The notes under the pieces are model-generated. The model did not search any database. It saw only the letters and a program-made list of their open reading frames with translations, and was not told where the DNA came from. Positions 43,556 through 54,501 of a DNA stretch of 64,000 bases are shown here, in pieces. The stretch lies in NCBI GenBank assembly GCA_000182565.2, contig KQ257453.1, one strand, 5' to 3'. Both the position numbers and the translations under genes were made by a program. Position 1 is the first letter of the stretch, and every line of letters starts with the position of its first letter. The DNA comes from Spizellomyces punctatus DAOM BR117. Its lineage: Eukaryota.

Positions 43556-45343
43556 CTAAGCTACGGCTGGAACACTCCTGCTGAACACTTCTGGTCTACT
43601 GTGTCCATCCAACATTGATTGCACGATTATCAGCATATTGCAGGTGCTCAGCGTATCTCGATTCCAGTAGCGCATCATCCAGGCTTGCTGACAGTTAGGG
43701 TTGGTACAACCCAGCAATCCATGGACTTTTTCAATCTTGCCTTCTCATCATCACCAAGGTCTTGAATGAGGTCATGTTTTGAAGCCTTTTTCAAGGAAGT
43801 CATCAGATGAACAGTGAGGGCAGACAGATGAGGTTTTATACTCGTCGAGAAGGAAGCAGTTAATCCTGTTGTGCTTAAAGAGGGTGCGCCAACCTTTCAT
43901 CTTTGATGAGGTCTGAAATCTTGCAGTTCGACCGGCATCACTCCAATCTCCCATCACAATGGTAAAGTTTTCACTGTACTTGTTGCATAAGTTGGATATG
44001 AGGTTCAATTCACTCTTCTGACGGTTTATAAATGCATGCCACTTCCACTGCATGTGGGCAGGATGCGAATAGAAGTCCTTGTGGCAGTTCCAGTCGGCAC
44101 GGTGAACGAGGAGATAGCGAGTAAAGTCCATGAGGTTCATCATCTTGTGAGATGGTAGTCATGATTCTATGAGGTCAATACTGCCGGCTTTCATCTGCTG
44201 CCATTCTTTTGCAAATCGACGGCTTCCAGTCTCCACAGCTTGCTGGTTGGCAGTGTAGCGAAATGTACCATTGCCGTCTTGGCAGTAGAGAATGTCATGC
44301 TTGTTTGGGTCGATAACAATGACATTCTCTGCTGCTCGACAAGCAGGTAAGTTTTTCTCCACATAAAGCACCGTCACCTCAGCTGTAAGAGTTGTTGCTG
44401 ACTTTTTCCCACTGCTGCACTTCCCATACTTGTCTGCTTCTGGGTGCTTTAGGTATACAGACACTGAGGTTCCATCTGTGGTGATCGAGCCTTCAAACTG
44501 CATACCGTGGCGAGACCGAAAAGCTTTGGTATGTAGATTACAGATGCGCATCCATAAATTGACCTTCTCGACGGCTTCTGCATCTCGCCACGTGATGCAA
44601 AGGATATGAGAGTAGAGGATGACGGTGTCGATCTGCACATGGCTTTGGATGAGGGAGCGGTGAAGTGGGATTGCACTGAACCGTCGAAATCCATGCTTTT
44701 CATATAGGCTTGACAACCGACAGTAGGCAGGGAAGAAGGCAAGAGGGTCTATAGTAACTGAATATGCGAGCGGCTTGTCTTGATCAGGAAATGGCAGGTT
44801 AAGTGTCCACATCTCTTCTAGAAGCTCACTCTCTTCAGCAGTCAAGTCATCCAGTGACTCGGGCATGATATCAAAAAGAAAAACTGACTTTAAGTAGCAT
44901 AGCCGAGTAAAGAAAGCTTTTCATGCATCACTTTTTGGGGGCAGTTGCTGCTTGTGTCCCTTCACGTCGAGCCACAGATTAATGTACCAAAGGAGCATCT
45001 GCATGAAATGTTCTTGAATGTTGACTTTCAGGTTTGTCATCATACTCGCTGTCAGGTAATTGATTGACTGCTGCTTGCCGTGTAGGTTTGGATGAGGAAA
45101 ATCAACGATGCGGCAGTACTGTTGAACATATGGCAGCAAACAATCCCGCTGTGCCTTCTTTGCTTCCTTTCTTGGATGCCAAGCCTCCCCCTTGTTGAGA
45201 AGATAGAGAATTGCTTCAATTGTATCTTCATTTACCATGGGAAAGGTTGGTGCAGATAGGATGTAGAATTTGAGAGTGTGGGAAGCGTGGTTGGTGAGTT
45301 GATGGATGATGGTGATGTAATCTAGAAGCCGTTGGTGGTAGGT
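43556..45343 (-). pseudogene. Fz1: Fanzor1 RNA-guided nuclease, main body (codon 34 to end), six in-frame TGA stops, no frameshift
   Basis: One continuous frame TYHQRLLDYI...ITTDGTSVSV...VIDPNKHD (RuvC-I)...VMGDWS...LDEYKTSSVCPHC...LGCTNPNC...WNRDTLS (RuvC-III)...RSVPAVA-stop. Confidence 0.95.
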
Positions 45344-45393
45344 TCTGGTAGTGCATCACCCATGGTATATACCATGGGTGATGCACTACCAGA
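45344..45393. repeat. Perfect 50-bp terminal palindrome (left)
   Basis: TCTGGTAGTGCATCACCCATGGTAT|ATACCATGGGTGATGCACTACCAGA. Confidence 0.97.
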
Positions 45394-45496
45394 GGGCCCA
45401 TAGTTCATTCAACTCTACCAGGACCCATAGTACCCAGAAATGCCAGAAAACCCATAGTTCGTTCAACTCTACCAGGACCCATAGTACCCGTAGGAG

Positions 45497-45655
45497 CCAT
45501 ATTTAAACACCCTGTCAACAACTATTGCTGAAACACCCACTCCATATTTAAACGCCCTGTCAACAACTATTGCTGAAACGCCCACTCCATATTTAAATGC
45601 CCTGTCAACAACTGTAGCTGAAATGCCCACTCCATATTTAAACGCCCTGTCAACT
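45497..45655. repeat. Subterminal 45-bp tandem repeat, about 3.5 copies (mirrored near 61870-62030)
   Basis: Unit ccatatttaaacgccctgtcaacaactattgctgaaacgcccact starting at 45497, 45542, 45587 and 45632. Confidence 0.9.
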
Positions 45656-46596
45656 ACACTCATATAAGCTCGACCTGCTTTCGTAATGCTTACGTAATCA
45701 ATAACATCCATCATGTCACGTGGCATTCACTCCATCGCTGCCTCCCACATTCATTTAAAAAAGCATGACTCCCCGGGATTGGCTATGCCCCATTTCCTAT
45801 AAGGAAACAGTTGTATTTTGAGGTATTGAGTTCGAACACCTCATGGCCAATTGTTTGGGCACATTTCGAATGTTGTATATGGAATCGTTTACAGAGGAGC
45901 TGGTTGGATTGGGGGGGGGAGGATGCAAGAAGCTAGCCGCCTTTAAGCAAAAACTTGGACTTGCTATTGATAGTCGCTTTTCCCACTTTACGTCAGCAGA
46001 TTACTATGCATACAACATCAAAGCTACGCATACAACTCACGTGACACATCTTCACCATTTTGGATCAAAAGGTACATTCACTTCACTCATTTCCTTCACA
46101 ATCGTTGAACCAAATAGTGTTAATGGAAGTCACGTGATTTGACATGTCTCAGACATGTTTGCTCATCATGGTTCTTCAAATACAGCTTTGGTTTCCGAGG
46201 TTGCCTATGGCAAAAGTAAAGGAACATTCAATCGCTTCACTGCGCATCCTCGCTTCCTTCATAATCATGGAATCATATGGTGTAAATGGAAGTGAATGGT
46301 GACTTGATTCCACATATACTTACACAAAAAACCCAGACCCAAACGTGTGTACATACTTCCACTATATGAGAAAATAATTTTTTTTTTTGAAGAAGCTTTA
46401 TTCTTTTTTTTTTTTTAAAATCTGTCTCTTAACTGAAGCAAACTACACTTTTGGGTCTGGGTTTTTTGGGTTTCTCTCCATTCATCGAAACAAACTTTTA
46501 CTAAATCATCTCGGGTTTGAGCCATTTTATCGAGTCAGCTTCTCACACTACCCGTTTTACCCATCTCTCACTTGTTTCTATTCTGCCATTACTGAT

Positions 46597-48288
46597 TCAA
46601 CGGAAACATGATTGCAGTTTCAATTGGTAGCCCCTAAATACATCCATCATCCTATCCTTCCCCTTTCCTGTGTCAGAAACATAATTTTTGAGAGTTTTAC
46701 GAAGCACATCTACAAGGTGCTTCTTATCTTTGAATCTCAACTTCATGGATTGGGGCATCCATGCTTTGATGTCCTTCAACTCCAAAACCGCATCTTCTGC
46801 TTCCTCCACATTATCCTCCAACCATTCCTCCAAGTTATCTACCACTGCAGATACCTCTTCTCTCCAATCTTTGCATGAGTCTGGAATGTTCTGAAACCGG
46901 TTTTGTAAATACTTCATATGCCCTTCCAGTAACCATTCCAAAATATATGGTTGCCACACATGAAACTTATCTGAAATGAATGGGTCGGCTAGGTACTTGT
47001 ATTCCAATTTGCTGTCCTTCACCTCTTGTTCGGTCTTCAAAAACTTGGAGCGAAAGGGTAACACTAGCATGCGCTCTACAAATGCTGTGTCGGAGGTATC
47101 ATATTTGGGCTGGCAGCGGTCGTTGAATATCATAATCCATTTGGTGGTAAGTGCCACAATTTCATCCTTTTTGCTATGTGGTCTTCAGCCAGTTTCGCTT
47201 GCATTCCCCCCATGGTTCTTTTTGGCTCTTTTGGTATCAAGTGTCTTGTGCTCGTCCATCTCTTCGAAGATTGCGAGCAAGTATCCAGCATATGCAAATA
47301 TTGCAGCATTATGACCATTCTGATTGGAATGCCTGGTGGAACGATATATATGTTCGGCATTTCCCTGCTTTGCATACCCGCCAAAGGCTATTTCCAAAGC
47401 CTGCGCAAACTTTGTCTTGCCATTGTTACCATCGATTTTGTCCTTCAGGACGCGGAAAATTTTCTCCGGATGGTCACCACGGAGGCAATATCCAGCGTAT
47501 ATGTGGGCAATATTGCGCTCCTCCTCCACAGGGAAGAGACGAGTAACAAATTCAAGCCAATCGTTGCGCAATTTGGCAGAAACATCGTTTTCGGTAGAAA
47601 AATAATCGTAGCCTACTGTCTTTGTTATAAGCACATCCTTGCTATATGGTTTCAACTTCCCATCCACAAGGTCCACATAGCCATTATTGCATCCAATCTT
47701 CAAAGGGTCCTTATCACATCTTTGCAGAAAAGTAGCATTGTATACTTCACACTTGAAACAGGAAATGATGGATGTGATGTGAGAGTTGGTAGTCAGCAGT
47801 GATTTTGCGAAGTTCTCTGTTTCCAAGCAGCGTTTGTACTTATAGGCCTTTTTGGAATCGGGGTCCACTTTGGAGAGCAAATCTAAGAAAATTCTGATGC
47901 GTTCGTCCCAGATGGGGTTCATGTGCTTGACCATAAATTGTCGGACAATCTCGCAGTGTTCCGATATAGGTTGCCACCCATCCCTAAACATCCAAACCGT
48001 CGTTCCGTCATACACAAACATCCCATCACTCAGTTTGCGTAGAAGTTGTGCCATAGAGAGATGGCTAGGGGATTTGACTGCTTCTTGTAGTTCGCCGTCG
48101 AGGTGTTCGCCCATCAGGTCCATGTCGGCATCATCGGAAGCATCTTCTTCAACTTCCACAGCATTTTTGATGTGATATTTTTCGTTAAATTCCATTGAAA
48201 CAAGCATGGGTTTGATGACTAATGGAACGTCAAAATTAGTATCCTCTGTAACATATGCCTGACATTCTTCTAAAAGTTCCGTGGCTAC
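46597..48288 (-). pseudogene. D5-like (SF3) primase-helicase, 5'-truncated by the LTR element, one in-frame TGA at 47185
   Basis: D5_N-like KIGCNNGYVDLVDGKLKPYSKDVLITK, Walker A GNNGKTKF, Walker B LAIFEE, motif C region IFND..DTAFVERMLVLPF. ORFs 47185.. and 46597.. are in the same frame. Confidence 0.88.
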
Positions 48289-48860
48289 TGTAGCGAACGA
48301 CTCTGATAAACCGGTTCGCTCAAAGGCATCAGGTGACCACGATTGAGGTTTCCGCAATTGTAACCTAAGCTTCGAAACCCCTAAGATCAAGCTCGGTTCT
48401 GGGCTACACCAGCGCAGCATGAAGGATACGTTACGCAGCCATGATCGATCATGGCGATGGTCCGAGATGGGAAGATCGGACGCCGCCACCCTAATGAAGG
48501 CTACGGAAACTAGTGTAGACATTACCGTAGCATATTCTTGTATAAAAAGAGGAATTCAATAAAATAAGTCGGTGGCCAGAAGCCGTAGCGACACTAAATC
48601 CCCACAACTAGCTTCTCAACTCCAATCTTAGGTTAACAGGAACCTAACAGAGCGCTTCAATGGCCTGATCACCCACACTGAAGCCTCTAAATCCTGCTCG
48701 GTTCACAACTAACTGACTCTCCTTGCCTCTCGCCCTCAAGTCGCTACCGATGCCCAAAGAAAGGATTTGGAGACTACGATTCCTAGTACGGACACCCACA
48801 CAACCTGCTAGGAGACCCAAGTTGTCTTTACCATAGTCTACCAACAAAAAATCTGTTACA
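48289..48860 (+). repeat. 5' LTR (572 bp)
   Basis: TGTAGCG...TGTTACA, direct repeat of 53929-54500, with TATAAAA and AATAAA inside. Confidence 0.95.
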
Positions 48861-48875
48861 TGGTGGAGAAGCGCG
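48861..48875 (+). promoter_or_regulatory. Primer binding site, probably tRNA-Ala
   Basis: TGGTGGAGAAGCGCG directly after the 5' LTR. Complement ends ...UCUCCACCA, typical of tRNA-Ala 3' ends. Confidence 0.7.
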
Positions 48876-49002
48876 ACAAACTGCCTTCCCCTCTCAAATT
48901 CAGCTGAAAACCTTATTCGGTCATACCGAAACTCTTGCGCAAACTGAGATCTGCTCAGGTAGCTACTCGGAAACCTTTTCTCTTGTTTCGGAAACAGACT
49001 TC

Positions 49003-52000
49003 ATGAAACCGAGAATGATGCCGGTCAAACGCTCTCCAACGCGAGGCCACTCACCTGTGATCCAGACTCGTAGTCAGGGTCCTGCGGAGGACGTCGAAGT
49101 CCCTCCCGCAACACGCCCAAGGCGTTCAGGGACCACTTCCGTCGAACCGGAAGCCCCTAACTTGGCCACGATGGCCTCTGAAGTGGCAGCGTTAAAAGAA
49201 GACATTGCCCGCTCGACTGCTGCAATGCAGTTGGCAACTCAAAATCTTACGGAACAGCTTCATAGGCTTTCCGAATGTCAGACAGCGGCGGATGAGCGCC
49301 TCGCACGAGCCTTAGAAGCCCTAGCACATCGCCCACTGCCTGAACAACCTCTCATAGCACGAGCTACAAGAGAACGGTCCGCAACCCCGTGGGAAACGTC
49401 GGACACACCAAGGGAGCGTACCGAACCAAGTTTTTCAGGTCCGGTGCCTCCAATCCAAGTGCCAGCGGCCCCGTGGGCCAGCAACACCAAGGTCGATTCC
49501 TTGAAAGCAAAGGACGTACCCAAGTTTACGGGCAAAAGAAACCAAGACATTGAAGAATGGCTCAACAAAGTCCAACTTCTTCAAAACATTAGCGCAACAT
49601 CGGATGCCAGGATGGTACAGCTCCTACCAGCCATGATAGCCGAGAAAACCCCTGCCGACGCTTGGTTTTACACTCTGGAAGCCCAGGAAACTTGCTCGTG
49701 GACCTGGAAAAGGTGGAAAGAAGAACTGCTTCGAGAGTTCCGAGGTCCCCTAACCGAGTCCAAGTGCAAAACCGAATATGTGCACTGCCACGCGAACCCC
49801 AAAGAATTTCGCAGCTTCCTCGCATTCATTGACCACAAAACTCATCTCCGGCGCCTCGCATACGGCGACCGGGCAAACATAGAATGTCCCACTGACCAGC
49901 ATTTCGACCTAATAGTCGAACAATTGCCCAGCGACATCCAAATCATGGTCAAATCCTGTAACATCACGAACCTGACCAAATTAAAAGACTTCCTGCGCCT
50001 TTATTTCGGCTCTGATGACACCAGAAAACGAGACCCTTGCTACAGCGGTGCTGCTGAAGCTCAGAAGAAGTCACAAAAGACCGGAACCGACAAAGGCCCT
50101 AAGCAGATGGCTCAACATAAAACCGGAAACCCCAAAAAGAGTCGCGACGGCCCTCAGAAGATGGTTCCGGACCCCAACACGGAACCACCGGCACCCTGCA
50201 AATTCTGTCAGAAAAAGCATTGGAATGTTTTCTGCTGGCAGAACCCGAACCGAAAAGGGTTCTACGCCCAATTCATTTCTCGCTACGCGGAACTCGTCCG
50301 ACCCCTGCAAGATGCTATCCAAGAGGGCGTTCGCGAATACCAAGACCTTAAAAAGGGTCGCGCTGACCCGAAGAAAGGCGCTGAAAAGCTCAATTCACCA
50401 TCCATGCTTGACATGGCGGTGGCCCCTACAATAACAGCCACCGGAGCCCGATTTGAGGTTTCGCAACATCCGAAATCTAGCTCCTCAGACCTACCGGCGG
50501 TCAATCTACGCCAATCATCGCTGGCGGACTTACCCATTGACCCCTTTTGTGTCGGACGCCTTGCTCGCAAGCGCCCCGACCAAGGTCTGCGCAGATTTAT
50601 CGCGAAGCGTGAAGTTTCATGGACCGATTCCCGAAACTCTGCCTTTGCAGCCGCCAAGCAGGCTCTGACAACAGCTCCAGTGCTCGCGGCACCCAGAAAA
50701 GGGTTCCCCTACACCCTTCACAGTGATGCTTCCTACACAGCGTTTAATGTCACGCTTGAACAGTTACAGCCGGATGCTTCTAAATGCCCGCTGTGCTACC
50801 ATTCCCGAGGCACCACCACCTCAGAAAAGAAGGCCCCCCCCGTCGAACTCGAGGCCGGATGCCTCATTTGGGGCCTCGGAAAACTCCGCCCATACCTCGA
50901 AGGCCTGCCTTTCACGGTCATTACTGATCACCGAGCTCTTTTGTGGCTCGCTAAATACAAAGGCGAGAACCGTAAGCTTCTCCGCTGGGCCCTCGATCTT
51001 AGTTACTGGTCCGAATGGATGACAATCGTTCACAAACCAGGACGTTTTCACATTGTCGCTGATACACTTTCACGGCTACTAGGAGCGGAAACCCTACTCT
51101 GCTCCACCGCGACCCAAATATGGGTGTCGAAATGCGGAAGACGACGGCTGCGCACCACACCAGCTGCTCTCGCACCTTCCTCGACACTGGCAGATGCCGT
51201 CTTTCGTCTGGCCTTACAGCCTGCACTCATTGCCGCCATCCGCGCTGGCCTCACCGGCCAGCTCCACCCCATAGCCCAACAGGCCTGCATGCTCCTATGG
51301 GAGACCAGCCCCGACACCTACACTACAGCCGACGCGCGCTTTCTTCAGGACTGGCAACGTGCAGATAACCTGCTGTGGCACCGTTTTTCAGTCTCCAAAG
51401 ACCTTTGGCACCTCTACGTGCCCCCTGCTTGCACCCCCAAGGTGCGCAAGCTTTTTCACGAGGGGGGAGGACACTTTGGATTCGAAAGAACCTATGCTAG
51501 AGCTGCAGCACAAGTCTGGTGGCCGAAAATGGCACAAGATTTCAGAAAACATTGCGCAGGATGTGAAACCTGCCAACGCTCAAAAAGGGTACCGCAACTG
51601 ATTCCGGGGTTGTTGAAACCCATACCACCAGCTCCAGGACGCTGGACAGTCATCACGACTGACTTCGTAACCAAGCTCCCACTTACTTCCAGAGGGTACG
51701 ATGCCTTTTGGCTAATAGCTTGTAAATGCTCAAAGAGGATCCACGTATGGCCCCTCAAGAGCACTGCGACAGCTACTCAGGTCGTGGAACTATTTATAGA
51801 ACGCTACGTCCCATTGCACGGCATCCCGGAAACTATCATCTCAGACCGCGACCCCAAATTTACGAGTCGATTTTGGCAGGAGGTCTGCAAAAACCTAAAG
51901 ATTAATCAAGAGCTCACCACAGCCTACCACCCTCAAGGTGATGGACAATCAGAGAGAGACAACGCAACGGTCTTGCAGGTCCTTACCACAATGGTCAACA

Positions 52001-53871
52001 CCCGATTAGACGACTGGGACACCTTTCTTCTGGTTGCAGAATTCATTATCAATGATACGGTACACGAGGCGACAAAAATGATGCGGTTCAAGATGGACCT
52101 AGGCTATGAGCCCCACAATCCACTGGCGGACATCGTTGAAAGGCTGTCAGAAACCAGAAATGCAGATGTGGAAGAGCTCTGTAAACATCTCAGAGACCTA
52201 AACATCCTTATCCGGGATCTGATGATCGAGGCCCAGGACTCGCAGAAAAGATATTACGATTTATCGCGACGACATCTGGAGTTCCGGAGAGGAGATAAGG
52301 TGCTTCTGAGCACAAAAAACCTAGCAGGGTATGAGTCCAAGATCGCTCCGAAATGGCTGGGACCAGTCACGGTGACCGACTGCAACCCTCTCCACGACAA
52401 CTATGAGCTAAAACTGCCAGACAAGATGAGACGACTTCACCCATGGTTTCACATATCAAAATTACGTCCGTACCAGAAGCCTGTCGACGCCGAAACTGAG
52501 GAAAGGATCGTGGAAGCACAAATGGAGGATTCCGACGCTTCAAAAGGCGAGTTCGAAGTGGAAGCGATAGTAGACCATCGAACCAGGCGCGGAAAGCATC
52601 AATTTCGAATACGTTGGGCCGGATACCCACCCCATGAGGATACCTGGGAACCAGAGGAAGCCCTAACAGAGGCTTCCGAAGCCTTAGAAGAGTACTGGAG
52701 ATCCAGAGCTCCCACTAGCGCACTAGTAGAGGACTCCTTGGTAGTCAGCTTTGCAGGCGACACCCTGGCTTACGCTTCTGACCACCAATGCTTCACGATT
52801 TATCCGGACAATAGCTCACGTGATAATCACACCCTCTCACCAGAAAGAAAACCAGTTTTGCGCGGCTTACCTCACCAGTCGAGAACACCACACCAAGCCT
52901 CCCGATCATGCTTATGTGCATCTGAGCTGTCAAAATCAGCCGGCGATGACCTTAAAAGGACGCCCCTGCACACTCCCCCTCTTTTTTCTTCTTCAACTAC
53001 CTATGACCTATCTCCCTTACAGACCTACTCTGCTTTGCAAACCTTGTCTATGGACACCGAGACAAAAGCTTTCGTTTCCAACACCATGACCACCGATATC
53101 CGAGGACAACAAGGAGTCAGCATCCTCTCTACCCTTGAGGAAGGCTATCCCTGGTCAGAAGTAAGCGACGCCTTCGCTGCCGAGAACTCTATCGAGCGGC
53201 TCGGAGCAGCTATGGCCACCTGGGTCGAAGTTTGGATTCGTGAGCTGTTCGAAGACCCAAACAAACCCCTCGAACACTATCGTGGTGAAGATTGGGTGGT
53301 TGACGGGGCTTCGAAGCCGTACGCCACGAGCCAGCCCCTCACGATGCATATTGCGGAGCCCTACAGTAGGGCTTCCGACGGCAGTCAAGCAGCTGTCGGT
53401 ATCATCGCCGACACAAAAAAGATTGGGAAGAGATTACGGGACGTACCCTGCACCGCCTGGCTTGACGCTGGGGTCCCTCAACATGCGGCCGGAAACCCCA
53501 AAACGGCCCGCTTCACCCTCTGGCCCGATCGCGAGGCCCACGATTTCGCGGACATAGCCATCGAAGCCGCGAGAGCAGTGTTGTTAAAGCTAGCCAACGC
53601 AGCTGAAACCACAGAAGAGCAGCTCCGTCCCAAACATCGGGAGCACGCCTATTACCACTTTCGAGCGGTTAACTTGAAAAGGGCCGCAGAGACGTTCACA
53701 GCCCTCTACGTAACCCGAGCCAACGGTTCCAGGACACCTGGAACCCCGGCTCCGGAAGCCACTGACCAAATTTGGTTCTGCGCGAACGTCATGGGGCGCG
53801 CTACCATAATCTGGACGATCAACGAAGACAGCCTTGAAGCTGACGACGACTATCCAGTTGCGTCATGGTAG
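49003..53871 (+). CDS. Gag-(deleted PR/RT)-RNase H-integrase-chromodomain polyprotein with unknown C-terminal extension
   Basis: Gag PKFTG..IEEWL and knuckle CKFCQKKHWNVFC. RNase H LHSDAS..ELEA..ITDHRAL..ADTLSR. IN zinc finger H..GGHFG..CETC. Core TDFV, SDRDPKF, HPQGDGQSE. Chromodomain FEVEAIVDHR..RWAGY..DTWEPE. Confidence 0.92.
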   Translation: MKPRMMPVKRSPTRGHSPVIQTRSQGPAEDVEVPPATRPRRSGTTSVEPEAPNLATMASEVAALKEDIARSTAAMQLATQNLTEQLHRLSECQTAADERLARALEALAHRPLPEQPLIARATRERSATPWETSDTPRERTEPSFSGPVPPIQVPAAPWASNTKVDSLKAKDVPKFTGKRNQDIEEWLNKVQLLQNISATSDARMVQLLPAMIAEKTPADAWFYTLEAQETCSWTWKRWKEELLREFRGPLTESKCKTEYVHCHANPKEFRSFLAFIDHKTHLRRLAYGDRANIECPTDQHFDLIVEQLPSDIQIMVKSCNITNLTKLKDFLRLYFGSDDTRKRDPCYSGAAEAQKKSQKTGTDKGPKQMAQHKTGNPKKSRDGPQKMVPDPNTEPPAPCKFCQKKHWNVFCWQNPNRKGFYAQFISRYAELVRPLQDAIQEGVREYQDLKKGRADPKKGAEKLNSPSMLDMAVAPTITATGARFEVSQHPKSSSSDLPAVNLRQSSLADLPIDPFCVGRLARKRPDQGLRRFIAKREVSWTDSRNSAFAAAKQALTTAPVLAAPRKGFPYTLHSDASYTAFNVTLEQLQPDASKCPLCYHSRGTTTSEKKAPPVELEAGCLIWGLGKLRPYLEGLPFTVITDHRALLWLAKYKGENRKLLRWALDLSYWSEWMTIVHKPGRFHIVADTLSRLLGAETLLCSTATQIWVSKCGRRRLRTTPAALAPSSTLADAVFRLALQPALIAAIRAGLTGQLHPIAQQACMLLWETSPDTYTTADARFLQDWQRADNLLWHRFSVSKDLWHLYVPPACTPKVRKLFHEGGGHFGFERTYARAAAQVWWPKMAQDFRKHCAGCETCQRSKRVPQLIPGLLKPIPPAPGRWTVITTDFVTKLPLTSRGYDAFWLIACKCSKRIHVWPLKSTATATQVVELFIERYVPLHGIPETIISDRDPKFTSRFWQEVCKNLKINQELTTAYHPQGDGQSERDNATVLQVLTTMVNTRLDDWDTFLLVAEFIINDTVHEATKMMRFKMDLGYEPHNPLADIVERLSETRNADVEELCKHLRDLNILIRDLMIEAQDSQKRYYDLSRRHLEFRRGDKVLLSTKNLAGYESKIAPKWLGPVTVTDCNPLHDNYELKLPDKMRRLHPWFHISKLRPYQKPVDAETEERIVEAQMEDSDASKGEFEVEAIVDHRTRRGKHQFRIRWAGYPPHEDTWEPEEALTEASEALEEYWRSRAPTSALVEDSLVVSFAGDTLAYASDHQCFTIYPDNSSRDNHTLSPERKPVLRGLPHQSRTPHQASRSCLCASELSKSAGDDLKRTPLHTPPLFSSSTTYDLSPLQTYSALQTLSMDTETKAFVSNTMTTDIRGQQGVSILSTLEEGYPWSEVSDAFAAENSIERLGAAMATWVEVWIRELFEDPNKPLEHYRGEDWVVDGASKPYATSQPLTMHIAEPYSRASDGSQAAVGIIADTKKIGKRLRDVPCTAWLDAGVPQHAAGNPKTARFTLWPDREAHDFADIAIEAARAVLLKLANAAETTEEQLRPKHREHAYYHFRAVNLKRAAETFTALYVTRANGSRTPGTPAPEATDQIWFCANVMGRATIIWTINEDSLEADDDYPVASW

Positions 53872-53918
53872 AAGCGAGGTTCGGGCACTCACAGACGAGT
53901 CGCCGAACCTTCTTTTTC

Positions 53919-53928
53919 GAAGGGGGGA
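53919..53928 (+). promoter_or_regulatory. Polypurine tract
   Basis: GAAGGGGGGA immediately before the 3' LTR. Confidence 0.85.
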
Positions 53929-54500
53929 TGTAGCAAATGACTCTGATAAACCGGTTCGCTCAAAGGCATCAGGTGACCATGATTGAGGTTTCCGCAATTG
54001 TAACCTAAGCTTCGAAACCCCTAAGATCAAGCTCGGTTCTGGGCTACACCAGCGCAGCGTGAAGGATATGTTACGCAGCCATGATCGATCATGGCAATGG
54101 TCCGAGATGGGAAGATCGGATGCCGCCACCCTAATGAAGGCTACGGAAACTAGTGTAGACGTTACCGTAGCATATTCTTGTATAAAAAGAGGAATTCAAT
54201 AAAATAAGTCGGCGGCCAGAAGCCGTAGCGACACTAAATCCCCACAACTAGCTTCTCAACTCCAATCTTAGGTTAACAGGAACCTAACAGAGCGCTTCAA
54301 CGGCCTGATCACCCACACTGAAGCCTCTAAATCCTGCTCGGTTCACAACTAACCGACTCTCCTTGCCTCTCGCCCTCAAGTCGCTACCGACGCCCAAAGA
54401 AAGGATTTGGAGACTACGATTCCTAGTACAGACACCCACATAACCTGCTAGGAGACCCAAGTCGTCTTTACCGTAGTCTACCAACAAAAAATCCGTTACA
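53929..54500 (+). repeat. 3' LTR (572 bp)
   Basis: TGTAGCA...CGTTACA. Confidence 0.95.
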
Positions 54501-54501
54501 A

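Larger units (their letters stand above)
45344..46610 (+). repeat. Left terminal inverted repeat (about 1267 bp)
   Basis: Reverse complement of 60917-62182. Mirrored ORFs 45469..45726(-)/61800..62057(+). Similarity ends at ...cggaaacatg. Confidence 0.95.
48289..54500 (+). mobile_element. Ty3/gypsy chromodomain LTR retrotransposon, non-autonomous (no PR/RT)
   Basis: Two 572-bp TG...CA LTRs, PBS, PPT and a gag-RNaseH-IN-chromodomain ORF. Confidence 0.95.

Noticed and set aside
45497-45655. 45-bp repeats as a CRISPR array
   Set aside because: Units are head-to-tail with no unique spacers, and the context is eukaryotic with no cas genes.
45469-46142. 85-aa and 96-99-aa ORFs in the TIRs (also 61385-62057)
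   Set aside because: The 15-aa periodicity simply reflects the 45-bp DNA repeat, start codons are unconvincing and no motif is recognisable.
47158-47187. Frameshift or two separate genes in the helicase, and likewise in the fibre gene
   Set aside because: Both pairs of ORFs share one frame and are separated by a single TGA.
48289-48522. N-terminus of ORF 47185..48522 as part of the helicase
   Set aside because: It is antisense LTR sequence. The same peptide recurs at 53863..54129.
48644-48847. Repeated short ORFs ending ...QAVEALC/QAIEALC (also 54284, 59109)
   Set aside because: Antisense translations of LTR R/U5 sequence.
49003-53871. Retro-integrase as the integrase of the virus-like element
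   Set aside because: It lies within LTRs with PBS and PPT, and that family makes 4-bp TSDs here, whereas the large element has a 5-bp TSD.
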